Assembly (NCBI RefSeq): GCF_001194135.2
Contig: NC_069004.1
Span: forward strand, 16,468,652-16,532,651
Reading direction: 5' to 3'
Length of the DNA stretch: 64,000 bases
Source: Octopus bimaculoides
Taxonomy: Eukaryota
The position numbers were made by a program, and so were the translations under genes. Shown here one piece after another: positions 25,100 through 37,491 of this stretch (position 1 is the stretch's first letter; every line of letters begins with the position of its first letter). The notes below the pieces were generated by a model. It was not told the DNA's origin, did no database searches, and saw nothing but the letters and a program-made list of their open reading frames with translations.

Positions 25100-27837
25100 G
25101 CAATTGTAGCTATGAATTTGGCTGTGATTTCATCATAATTCATTGGTAATTTAGTTTGTTACTGATCTAGGAATGTCCAATGAACATGTTTATATACCTT
25201 TGTAATTGTAGTCAAAATCAGTTTTGTTTTTTCTTCTTTTGTTTACATTTAATGTATATTGATATACTGTTCATATGGAAACTGTTACATCTGCTTGCAA
25301 ATAACCAAGCTTAAAAATTTAGTAGACAAAAGGCTGTAGGGTTCTATTTGCAAGCTATGTCCATTTTCCAGTTTCATTTCTTGGTTACTTTCGTTTAATT
25401 CTCAGTCATTAATGCTCCCAGAAAAGATACAAATACCACTCAATCTGATTTCCCTTCCTAAACAATTATGATAGGTTCAGTAATATACTTAATTTCCTTA
25501 AATTTTGTTTTTCATTAAAAAGAAATATTTCATTGAAGTAGTTTTGATATAGATGTGACAATATTTTTATACTCGATTTTAAAATATTTGACAGAGCTTT
25601 ATAATAAGTGATGTGGAGGGGTAAATGTATAAAGTTTGTTTTACATATAATGATCTCATTATTAGTAAAGAACAGATTGGTTACTTACTCCAAGTCAGAA
25701 CATGTTGGCAGGTGAGTGAACAGTATCAGAGAACAAGCTTGATAGTAAAAATTGTGGAAGTGTGTGTCATACAACTACTGAAAACTATTAATATTCAGTA
25801 ATCTTAATCACTGACATTGAAGAAATTCTAATTCAGATTTTTCTACTTTATCCCAACAGATAAGTCATATTTGTATAGGGCTTTAGATACATTTCAATCC
25901 CTATTTGAAGCTATTTTATTTTATCTCCGGGAAGACATGCTTGTCACAAGTTACCATTTACTCTCTCTTAAAATCATAGGCATGAAGCCTGTTAATTGGG
26001 CCATATAGTGAAGAGTGAATGGAGAAGGTATACTGCCAAACTTGATTTGTCCATGCCACACCAAATAAAGATAAAAGCTTTTAGCTGTATCCTAACAAAC
26101 CCAGTGTGTTAACACTGCAAAGGTCTAGTAACCATGGCTAGAAGAAAACCTACTTGTTTCTAACCACCCATATGCAAATGATTAAATTTGCAGTTTTGTT
26201 CAACTCTGTTAGCCTGGAAGAATGTGTAAAACAAAAAAAGAAAATGTCATTAATCAGATGAGAACCACATGCAGAAGTGACTGCTCCCCTTCCTTCCACA
26301 CTAATAAACTTATTGAAAGGTAAGAAGTAAATGAGAGAGAGAGAAAAAGAAAGGAATACCAGCCATAAATTTGAAACCATGAAGTGTAGAATTATAGACA
26401 AAGAAGTACCAGGAGAGGGAGGGTTGAGGTTCAATTCTTGTTTTTACCCTCACGCCTCCAATATTCTAATGAATACCTTTCAAGTCATAGACACTATATA
26501 GTTTAACACACACAGTCTCACTTGTGATGTTTTATGGCAGTTTCACTCCAAACTTACAAATGATCATGGCTGGGTTAATGTTATTCTAATTTCCTGAGAT
26601 ATAATTATAATGATTGGTAGGTAGGTAGATATATATATGACTGACATCTCATCTTTCCTCATTCGCTGTTGTTTCATTATTGCTTAATTAATCCTTTTAT
26701 TATTTTTTTTTTATTTTATAATTTATTCATCCGCTATCATTTGACATTCACAAGAAAAGCTAGTTGCTAAAATTCAGGAATAAACTTCAGCTATGCCAGA
26801 TAGATAGGCAGATAAGCAGAGAGGTAAGGTGTATATGAAAGACAGTCACTCATTCTTCTCTGTTACTGTTTACTTTTGAATTCTGATTCACCACCACCAA
26901 CTTCTCCTGTAAACTTAATCTCCCAGTAAACTGAGTCTGAATCTGTTTTGTTTCCTGGATAAAGGCATTTCACTTCACTTGTAATATCAAGAAATGTATG
27001 ATTATAAAGTTTTGTGTCTAAAGTTTTTTTTTTAATAATTCATATCTATATAAAAAAAAATGCTGTTTTCTTTCTGTATAACTGTATAAAGTCGATTATT
27101 GTTCTTTTACTTGTTATTGTCATCTTGTGAAATTCTTTACTAATTACTATTAGCTTTCAGAGTGACTCAAGTTTAATGTTGTGGATGGGGTAGTTTCCAT
27201 TGTCATATAGTGGTAACAGTAACAGCTGTAGTAGTGATGGTGGAGGTGGTAGTAGTAGTAGTAACCACTACTTCACTTTTCTCTTTGTTGGTATTCATTA
27301 GTTTCTGTAATTTTTTTTTTCTTTAACCCAACTAATGATTTCAATTAAATTATTCAGTTAACAAAGGTGTTTGCTTTAAATATTTGCTGTTTTAGCACAT
27401 ACCTGCTCTCTTGCAAAGTAATGGATGGCATTGACCCTTCATTTAACCATACCTCTCTGTCCATTAAATTTGTTTTATTATTATTAATAATAATAATAAT
27501 AATAATAATAATGGTTTGTAATTTAGGCACAAAGCCAGCAATTTTGTGGGATACTTGATTAGTACTTTATTTTTATCAACACCACAGGGATGGAAAGCAA
27601 AGTTTACCTCACTGAGATTTGATTGTAAAAATTGAAGAATTGGAACAAATAGTGTAAACCATTTTTTTCCCAATTCTTTAATGATAATCCACCACCCATG
27701 TTTCTGATTTATGAAGAGAGTGGGGTTAGTCAATACCGTCTATCCCAATACTTTATCAGTACTTTATTTTCTCTACCTTGGAGGTATGAAATACAAAGTT
27801 GACTTTAGGATTTGATACAATAAATATCAAACAAGTA

Positions 27838-28271
27838 CTGGGATTGATGAAAATGACTAACCTATTCCCATCAAAATTGCTGGCCTTGTGTTTAAATTAA
27901 AAACTGAATTGTCTGAGTTCAAATCCTTCTGAAGTCAGGTTTTCTTTTCATCTTTCCAGGAGTGATAAAATTAAGTACCAGTTAAGTACTGGAGTTGATG
28001 TCGTCAACTTGGTCTCCGCTCTCAAATTGCAGCCCCTTTTGCCATTATTATTATTATTATTATTAAAGGCAGTAAACTAGCTGAATCATTAGCACATTGG
28101 GCTAGCAGCATTTTGTCCCTCTTTACATTCTGAGTTTGAATTCTGCTGTGTTCAACTTTGCCTTTCACCTTTTCGGGATTGATAAAGTAAGTACCAGATG
28201 AGCACTGGAGTTGAAGTAATCAACTAGTCCCCTCCCCCAAAATTTCAGGCCTTGTGCCTATAGTAGAAAGG

Positions 28272-28324
<53 letters not shown>

Positions 28325-28870
28325 AGGTGAGTGATGAGCTGGTAGAATTGTTAGCACACCAGGAATGTTATCCCTCTTTACATTCTGAGTTCAACTTTGC
28401 CATTCTTCCTTTCGTGGTCGATGAATTAAGAACTGGTGAAACACTGGGATCAATGTAATTGACTAATCCCCTCCCCCAAAATTTCAGGCCTTATGCCTAT
28501 TGTAGAAATGATTATTATTATTGCCAGTGAGCTAGCAGAATCATCAGAGCATTGGAAGAAATACTTTGCAATATTTTTCCAACCATTTGCACTATGTGTT
28601 CAAATCCCCCTGAACTCAAATTTGCATTTCATCCTTTTAGGATCAGCAAAATAAAGTGTCACTTTAATACTGGGCTCAGTAGTATTGACAACTCATCTTC
28701 CTTTCTAAAATTTCAAGCTTTGTGCCTTTACTATAAGACCCTATTTGATTGAGAGATTGGCAGAAATAATGAAGTACCAGACTAAAAACATTGCAATATT
28801 TACTATTGTCTCTTTGTTTAAACCTCAAATCCTGCCAGTGTTGACTTTTTCCCTCAACTTACTTTTCTGT
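27838..28870 (+). mobile_element. Head-to-tail array of about 5-6 family A SINE copies or fragments, several separated by (ATT)n
   Basis: Heads at about 28065, 28323, 28523 and 28750; tails aaatttcaggccttgtgcctatagtagaaagg followed by (att)n (28273-28322). Minus-strand A remnants lie just upstream (27510-27810). Confidence 0.85.
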
Positions 28871-29015
28871 CTTATTAATAAATACCAGCCAGTTCAATTA
28901 CCAATTCATGTCTTTGTTCCAATTAAAAATAAAATATATATATATTTAAGGCAGCAGCTTGCTCACTCACTCACTCACTCACTCACTCACTCACTCACTC
29001 ACTCACTCACTCACA

Positions 29016-29050
<35 letters not shown>

Positions 29051-29098
29051 NNNNNNNNNNCTCACTCACTCACTCACTCACTCACTCACTCACTCACA

Positions 29099-29139
<41 letters not shown>

Positions 29140-29909
29140 TCTCACACACACAGCTGGCCTAAATATACACATAAGGTATAAACATCACAATCTCCAGATT
29201 TCCATTTTTTTGTTGCAATATTATTGTAGGATCAGTGAATTCTTGGATAAACAAGTTTCGTTCCCTCAATTCAGTACCTTCATTTCTAGCACTATGTATC
29301 AAATCCTATCACTGTAAATATAAACATTATCATCCTGCCACCTCTCTTAGAAACTATTTATTGTGCACCATCTTCACAACAAATCCAGTTTTTTGCTCTG
29401 TCCTTTCTTACCCTCTTTCTTCATCTTAACATCTGGTTCACATGTTGCTACTGCAAATGATTTTCCAGTAGTAACCCTTGCAGCATGAATCAGATAAAAC
29501 CCCTCCTACACACATGGACACACTGAGAGACAGTGGCTGTTCTTATTTGTCAATTACAGAAAAAAAAATTAATATAATCATATGTATATATCAGTAATTA
29601 CAGGTACAAATGTGAATTTATAATCAGGATAATGATATTGTAGGTTTTGACAGTTGTTTATAAATATTTTCTTCTTTCATTGTATATTGCTTTATAACTA
29701 CATACGAAAGTAATATCTTGATGATATTTTAGATAAACATTTGTGTTAATGCCTTCAGAAATATAACAGAAAATTTTCAAATCATGGAGCTTTTTGTTCT
29801 TAGATTGCACAAAAAGATAACTTTGGCAATGTAATATAAGTCTTGTGTTTAAGAGAGGTTACACTTTTTGTCAATGTTGTATTCACTCACCTCTTTGTGT
29901 GTGTGTGTA

Positions 29910-30110
29910 TCTATATATATAAAACTGAGAATGTATGTCTTTCTGTATGTGTGAATCCCTAAAACTCGAGAAGTGCCCAACCGATTTCATTCAAATTTTA
30001 CATATGCATTACTTAGGGTCCATAGAGTGTCAAGGGCTAAAGAAATTTTCAACTTCTTCAGTAATGTAGGCCTGGAGCAGTCTTTTAGATTGGTTCAGTA
30101 TTACATGTCA
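29910..30110 (+). mobile_element. Helitron-like 5' end fragment
   Basis: A|TCTATATATATAAAA start followed by aactcgagaagtgcccaaccgatttcattcaaattttac; no 3' CTAG/hairpin found. Confidence 0.45.
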
Positions 30111-30559
30111 AAAGTGAATATTGTTTCACTTTTATTCTTCCATTTTTAATTCTAACATGATAACACTAAGTCCAAAGTATATAAAAATAAGCATCATTCA
30201 ATTAACAGTTCATTATCGCAGCAGTTGCAATGATGTTACAAGGTATTTACAGTTACATATTAAACCTTAAATTAACATTTCATACATGTGCTTAATATGT
30301 ATATATTAAGAAATTTATCTATAATAATCATTGTGGCATTTACCATTCAATTAGCACTTCAAACATGTGCTCCTATTTGGTTCATCTATTTTCTGTATAT
30401 AAAATGCTTTGTATCTCTGTTCCCAATGCATTCTCAAAAATCTCAATCAAATCAAATTTTACATGGTAATACTATAAGACCCCAGGAGTGAGAACATGTA
30501 AATTTTTGGATTAAAACAATGAAGCATTGGCACTGGTTCCATGTTAAATCTCCATGCTA

Positions 30560-32560
30560 CATAATTTTACTTCACAAATGCTTTTCAGGAATTGACATTT
30601 GGTGCATGAGAGAGTTTGATGCAGCTGCCCTCATCTGCACCTCCTGCTGCGAAGTTTGTTTATCTGGGACACTCGACAGGAAGAGGTCCATCTTTATTTT
30701 GAAGTCACCTACATCCACCCCATACAGGTTTCTCAGGTCCTTTGCGAGGATATTGAAGAGCTGTGGACCTCTGAAGCCCAGGCTATTGTAGTATCTTGTC
30801 CTACATCTTGATGGCAAATTTGGAGTCCTTGGCAATATGCAGTGGCGCCCAGTTCTAGTATTTGTGTAACTCTCGATGTCAAAGTTTGGGACAAGTCTCT
30901 CCAGGATCTGCCAGATGTATATTATGGCATATCTTTCTTGCCTACGCTCTAAGGAATAAAGTCTTAATCTCTTGAGTCTTTCCCAATAGCTTATATGCTG
31001 CATAGAGGCTATCTTCTTTGTGTAGCTTTGTTGGATTGCCTCAAGTTCTGAGATTAATTTGACACTGGTTGGTGACCTTAGCTGAGAGCAATAGTCAAAG
31101 TGGCTTAGAACAAGTGTCCTCCAGACCAGGGGTTTTCAAACTTTTTGACTTGCGGACCCCTTTATATTTCAGGCTTTACCTTAGGGACCCCTTATAAATG
31201 CTTATGAAATTTATACATAAATATTTGCTTAAAATAACATATATTTTTACATTTATTTATTTAACAGTATTTAACAAATAGGTTTATTGTCAATTAAAAG
31301 ATTTCGATTAAAAAGCATATATAAAATCAAATTGCCCATAAAAAGTATTTGCTGTCCACAGACCCCCCTGTCTTGTCCTTGCGGGCCCCTTGTAGTCCAC
31401 GGACCACAGTTTGAAAACCCCTGCTCCAGACGACCATCATGGTTTCTTGATCTCTTGTTCTAAAAGTTCTAAGAATCCATCCGGTCAGCCACCTGCATTT
31501 CATTGCCAATTTAGCAACATGCACATGAAAGGATGCATCTCACGTAAATGCCCAGGTCTCACACTGACTGTGCCCCTGGGATTGCAATCCCTCCAGGTCC
31601 AGTGTATTTAATGGGTATTGCATTTAGTTTTGCATGCTGATAGCGCAAGGCCTGAAACTTTTCAGCATTAAACTGCATGCTATTCTTTTCAGCCCACTTG
31701 AATATTTCATCCAGCTCACATTGCAGGTGCATAGTGTCTTCAGGGTTCTGTATTACCTGTGAGACATTTGTATTATCTGCATAACTTGTGATCATGGCTC
31801 TCTGTGTGGCTGAGGGCCATTATGAACAGTAGTGGTCCCAAAACAGTGCCTTGCGGAACACCGCTCACTATTTGTGTATCATTGGAGGTGGCCCCATTGG
31901 CTACTACCACCTGACTTCTCTCCTTCAGAAAGTCATGAAGCCATTCTCCCAATTTTCCAACTATGCCAAGATCACGCAGTTTGTGACATATCACTCCATG
32001 ATCGACTTTATCAAAGGCCTTTGCAAAGTTGAGAAATATCACTTCCACATTTGAGTGGTTAAGTAGCTATTTCAGCACCCAGTCATAGTGTTGTAAAAGC
32101 TGAGTCAGGAAGCTTCTTCCTGGTCGGAAACCATGTTGGGTGTCAGGTAGCAAGTCGTTTTCTTCTGCCTATTCGCTCCATGACCTTGCTGATGTGCGAG
32201 GTCAGAGAGAGAGGTCTGTAGGTCTTGTCCTCTGCTCTGCTACCTCCTTTATAAATAGTGCATATTTTACCCTCCTTTAGTTTTCTTGGAAGTTTGCCAG
32301 TTGCAAGGAAGCTCTGAAAAAGGGACTGCAGTGGTCTTGTTAGGACTAGTTTTCATACTTTTAGAAGCATTGCTGGGAATCCATCAGGGCCAGTAGCTGA
32401 GCTTGGGTTCATTTCATCTATAGCGCTTATTACATTGTCTTCCTTTATATTGATGTCATGGATCGTCATTGCCTCTGTTTTTATATCTGCATTGGTAAAA
32501 AAGTCAGTTGGATTGCTGACTTGAAAGTGCCCTAGGAGTGGAGTGAAAATACTTTGAATT
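30560..32560 (-). mobile_element. 5'-truncated CR1/L2-type LINE (RT domain to C-terminus), interrupted by a hAT MITE
   Basis: YRPLSLTSHISKVMER, QHGFRPGRS, VIFLNFAKAFDKVDHG, SGVPQGTVLGPLLF, SYADNT, RTLVLSHFDYCSQL, SYWERLKRLRLYSLERRQERY, RAAASNSL. Confidence 0.95.
31127..31423. mobile_element. hAT (Charlie-like) MITE, 297 bp
   Basis: Perfect 16-bp TIRs caggggttttcaaact / agtttgaaaacccctg; perfect 8-bp TSD ctccagac (31119-31126 and 31424-31431). Removing it restores the LINE frame (TMMVVW|RTLVLSH). Confidence 0.95.
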
Positions 32561-32605
32561 GCTATATATGTATGTATATATATATATATATTTCTATGTA
32601 TGCAT

Positions 32606-33208
32606 ATAAATTGAATATTAATTCAATTTAAAACCAAGTGGCCTAGCATATAAAAAAAATCTGAAAATTCAGTGAAAAATTGTATTACACATGTAGAAGG
32701 GATGACCACTAGGTGGACATCCGATATGCTAGAAAGAGGTCATCAATGACCCAACCACAAAGAAAAATAATGTTCTCCAGAAAAAATTTCGCAAAACACC
32801 AGAACAGGATAAAATGAGAAATATACAGAATAAAGAATTAGTTGTGTACTACAGTTTCGAACATTAATGTTTTACTTACGTAACAACATCCATGTTCTTG
32901 TCAGCACAACCATTCTAGAATCAATATAATTTGCAGAACTATACATGAATTGTCTTCATGAAATAAGACTTGCATACAGTTCTACCAATTACATTGGAGT
33001 AATTTTTCAAAATGCCTCAGCTCTGGCGCGCCAAATTTCGGAAACAATTCTGCAGAGAATAATTCACTGCAGTATATGTTGCCAGCTGGAGAATATAACT
33101 ATTTAAATTATTATTTATATAGATAGGTTGATAAATTGAATATTAATTCAATTTAAAACCAAGTGGCCTAGCATATGAAAAAAATGTATTACACGTGTAA
33201 TGACCAAA
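32606..33208 (-). mobile_element. Penelope-like pseudo-LTR / retrozyme-like unit bounded by direct repeats (period 525 bp)
   Basis: An identical 46-nt block at 32606-32651 and 33131-33176 continues with gapped similarity (tgtattacac.tgta, atgacca). It encloses a hammerhead motif. No ORF remnant recognised. Confidence 0.6.
32841..32910 (-). ncRNA. Minimal type I hammerhead ribozyme motif with a G8A core substitution
   Basis: Minus strand: GUUGUG-CUGACAA-GAACAU-(27 nt)-AUGUUC-GAAA-C-UGUA-G-UA-CACAAC. Stem I GUUGUG/CACAAC, stem II GAACAU/AUGUUC, 2-bp stem III with a tetraloop, GUA cleavage triplet; the core matches CUGANGA except position 8. Confidence 0.8.
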
Positions 33209-33902
33209 CTGCGCCACATTAAAGAGGGACAAAAATTCAAAATCAAATCTGATTTTACTTGTACCTCAGAAAACCTTATTTATGTTATAAGATGCTCGGG
33301 CTACCTCCAAAACTACATAGGGTAAAGTTCATTGAGCAATTGAGCTGATTGGACTACTTGTGTTGTTTGTAATAGCATACAGAGCAGGAGATATTGTAAT
33401 TGAGGTTCCTTGTGGTAAAATATATCTCCTATAATCCAGTATGAATAATGCCAAGTTGTTGAGTAACAGGTATTTCTCTTAGATATATCAGGAAAAACAA
33501 CCAGTTATGGATGTAGGTGAGTGAGGCTGACACACTATATTGAGCAGTTTCCTAAACAAGCACTTCTGATGTTGGTACCACCATATGTGTGTGTGTGTGT
33601 GTGTGTGAGTATATAAAATGTAAAAATGATGAAATATATAGTTTTACATACTACAAACATTATTTGATATAAAATTTAATACTTACAACTTATATAATAC
33701 AACAAACCACTCCAGAGCCAGACCTTTCTTTCTGTAAGGCTCAAAGCCTGTATTTTACATACTAGAAATAACTTCAATTTCAGCCTCAAACATGTGAGGT
33801 GAAACTCAAAAAGGCCGTCATTTATATATATATATATATATATAGTTCATAGATGAGAATCAGATATTCTCTCTAGCACTATTTATTTATTTATATATAA
33901 TG

Positions 33903-35004
33903 CGGTCATTTCAATTGCATGAATTAAAAGTTGGAGGGGGACAGGATAAACTATCTGCATCAACTTGCTATAAAAGCAGGTAGTAATTGTACCTTGTACT
34001 TATTCTTAGTGCATGTTTTGAAGAGTGCAGATTGATTTTAACAGCTATTTTTTCAAAACTATAATGGAAGTGACAGAGGAGCATATTTTGCTTTATGAGT
34101 TCAATAAAGGCAATAACGCAATGAAAAGTCAAGGAATATTAATGCAGTATATGGGGATCGGACAATAAGCATAAGCCAGTGTCAATGGTGCTTCCAGAAA
34201 TTCCGAGCCAGAAACTACAGCCTAGAAAATGAACCTCATCCTGGAACATCTGTAGAACTCAACGAAGATGCCCTGCAAACCCTGGTGGAATAAAATCCCA
34301 TTGTAACTGTTGAACTGGTAGAGAAACTTGGATTTGGTCATTCATCAACACCTGAATGGCATTGGAAAAGTCAGCACATTAGATCAATGGGTTCCTCACA
34401 AACTTTCTGAGTCTAATCATGTGCAGTGTTTGAATGTGTGCTCTTCTTTGCTGTCATGTCTCACGAATGAACCTTTTTTGGACCAAATAGTGACTGGTGA
34501 CGAGAAATGGGTTCTCTATTAAAATGTCAAGCACCAAAGACAGGGTAGGGAAAGGAGAAACACCAGCACCCCAGGCTAAAGAAGGTCTTCACCCATGTAA
34601 GGTATTGTTATCTGTTTGGTGAGATATGAAAGGTTTAGTCCACTTTGAACTTTTAAACCCAAACCAAACAATAACAAAGGAGATCTACTGCAAGCAGCTT
34701 GAGTGACTTAAGTCAGCGCAAGAAGAAAAAGAACCATTTTGATTTCAAGACGAAAGGTGTTCTTTCGTGGGGATAATACCATTTGGACAGAAAAAATATG
34801 AATTCTGTAGATGAGATCAGAACAGTACTGGAGGACTATTTTTTATCACAGACAAGTGAATTTTGGAAGAGGGGCCTTGCAAGTCTACCAGATAGGTGGA
34901 ACAGCATTGTAGAAAATGGAGTATATTTTAAATTAAAAAATAACTTTATTTTAATTTTAAAAAATAAAAGAAGTATAAAAAAAACTACATTTATGGGATG
35001 ACCG
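33903..35004 (+). mobile_element. Degenerate mariner (Mos1-like subfamily) element with an internal deletion
   Basis: ATG at 34064 (MEVTEEHILLYEFNKG); WVPHKL; IVTGDEKWVLY; LHPCKVLLSVW; C-terminus GLASLPDRWNSIVENG. 3' TIR-like atttatgggatgaccg|TA. The YSPDL segment is missing. Confidence 0.9.
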
Positions 35005-35425
35005 TATATATATNNNNNNNNNNNNNNNNNNNNNNNNNNNNNNNNNNNNNNNNNNNNNNNNNNNNNNNNNNNNNNNNNNNNNNNNNNNNNNNNNNNNNNN
35101 NNNNNNNNNNNNNNNNNNNNNNNNNNNNNNNNNNNNNNNNNNNNNNNNNNNNNNNNNNNNNNNNNNNNNNNNNNNNNNNNNNNNNNNNNNNNNNNNNNNN
35201 NNNNNNNNNNNNNNNNNNNNNNNNNNNNNNNNNNNNNNNNNNNNNNNNNNNNNNNNNNNNNNNNNNNNNNNNNNNNNNNNNNNNNNNNNNNNNNNNNNNN
35301 NNNNNNNNNNNNNNNNNNNNNNNNNNNNNNNNNNNNNNNNNNNNNNNNNNNNNNNNNNNNNNNNNNNNNNNNNNNNNNNNNNNNNNNNNNNNNNNNNNNN
35401 NNNNNNNNNNNNNNNNNNNNNNNNN

Positions 35426-35469
<44 letters not shown>

Positions 35470-35499
35470 CACACACACACACACACATACATGCATGTG

Positions 35500-35765
35500 G
35501 GTGTTGCACTCACTGTTGTTAGATTATGGGTTCAATTCCTGGACTGAGTGGCGCATAGTGTTTTTGGGCAAAACACTTCATTTCATATTGCTCCAATCCA
35601 CACAGCTGTAAATGGGTAACCCTGCGATGGACTTGCTTTTTTATCAGGGGTAATGTTGGCCTGCTCTCACCTAACCAATAGGATAACATCATTTGAAAGC
35701 TAACACAAAGCAAAGCACACTGTGACCAGCAATATATAACAACATCCAATAGTCTGATCAATCAT
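35500..35765 (+). mobile_element. Decayed tRNA-headed SINE
   Basis: B-box gggttcaattcct and gggcaaaacacttcatttcatattgctcc, similar to the family D head. Confidence 0.6.
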
Positions 35766-36758
35766 ATGATTGTGTGTGTTTGTGTGTGTAAATAAGCATT
35801 CATCCTATTTTGGTGTGATCTAATCTGGTGTGTTAGGATGTTTAATGGACCAATATTTCAGTAATGTACATATCCCTTCACCTAACATAAACGTTCCTCA
35901 TCCTTAACTTGTAGGAAACTTGAAGGTGATGTCCTCATCATTTAACTTAGGATTCTTTCCAATGGAAACAGTGGTTAAATAGCTAGAGTTTCTAATTTTA
36001 TCCAGTCTGGGCTGTTCTTTTCTGTCTTATTACAGTTGAAATTAAAAGTACCCAGTTGATTAGTTTCACGCAAAGCTATACTAAAGATGTCTGTTTTAAT
36101 TTCACCATCTACCATCTGTCTCTCTTACTAAATTATAATTTTTATTTACATTTTAATTTTGCTGCTTTTTGTTATTCTTTCAATACCTTATCCCTATATT
36201 CTAAACTTGCAGAGGTTGGCTGACTTTGCAAATGTAAACACTTTCATATTGTAAACTGTTATAGTTGACTGCACCTTCATAGTCTTCAATCACTCAACTG
36301 TGACCTAGGAGTGGTTGTATATTTATTTTATTCAGAGTGAATAAATTTGAGTAATTTGTTTTGCTAAATTTGTTACACAATCTAAAAGTTTATCTTGCAA
36401 CAGAAATAAGTTCTTTTGCAGTTGACTGCTTCTCCATAATACTGACAATGATTTAGAAGCAGTTTATAAAATGTTAACATTGTGTTTAAGTTCATTTAAT
36501 AGGAGTGGGTGGGTAGTTTTGGAGAATGTGAAGTTGAATTACTTTCCTAACAATAATTGCTCAAACAGAAAGAGGAATAATCTGTTGTTTTTATTGTTTT
36601 TGTGTTTTATTTACTTTGAAAGAATTCATGTGAATTGATACCCTAATGTTTCAAATGAACTTTTCAATATCAAGGAAATTCAATGGGCTATGTAGATGTT
36701 GAAGTAGTCTTATGTCCAGTACATAATAGCATAGTGTCCTGTACTTTTGGTTTGGGCA

Positions 36759-37491
36759 TATATTGTGTTGAGTCAAAAGTTTTGCAAAGTTTTGGTAATT
36801 TATTTGCTTTTTTCGTCAAGTTACAACAAAAGCAGCTTAGTATTCATAATAGAGACTATCATGTCGTGCCATCTGAAGCCACCTTTCTGCCATTTCTTTG
36901 ATCCCATGCTGATAATAGTTCTTGTTCTTCAAGGCAAAGAACTCCTTCACTGAAGCTTTCACCTCCTCTTGGTTGAGGAAGTATTGTGAGCACAGGAAGT
37001 GAGCCGTGGATTGGGTGGGACAATTAATAATCCGAGGGAGATATTTTTCCACATTTCTAACATGCGTAAGCAGTGGTTAAGCAAAGGCCAACTTCCAGAA
37101 CCTGTCACCAAACATGGGCATTTCAAACACAAGGAAATCTCTGTGTCTGGTAGAATTATGAGGGGATAATTCACTATGAATTTGTTCTGGGTGGTCAAAC
37201 CATCAGTGCCAACTTGTACTCTGAATAGCTGGAGTGGATGTATGCCATTGTGCAGCAAAAATATCTGGGTTATTACCTGTTCTGTTCCATAGCTTACTTC
37301 CTGCACTCATGATGCTTTATCAACTAAGAAGAGGTGAAAGCTTTAGTGAAAGAGTTCTTTGCCCCAAAAGTCAAGAGCTAGTATCAGCATGGGATGAAAG
37401 AACTTGCAGAAAAGTGGCTTCAGACAGTGCAACATTACGACCTCTTGCAAATAACCAAAATATTGCAAAATATTTTACTCAAAACAATATA
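36759..37491. mobile_element. Palindromic mariner derivative: two copies of the transposase 3' end plus terminus in inverted orientation
   Basis: Termini tatattgtgttgagt and actcaaaacaatata. The left arm encodes on - NQEEVKASVKEFFALKNKNYYQHGIKEMAERWLQ; the right arm carries the homologous sequence on +. The centre has a mariner mid-region on + (KQWLSKGQLPEP; GIIHYEF). Confidence 0.8.

Noticed and set aside
28962-29150. Duplicated (TCAC)n-(TC)n compound microsatellite around a 10-N gap
   Set aside because: Same pattern; likely an assembly artefact.
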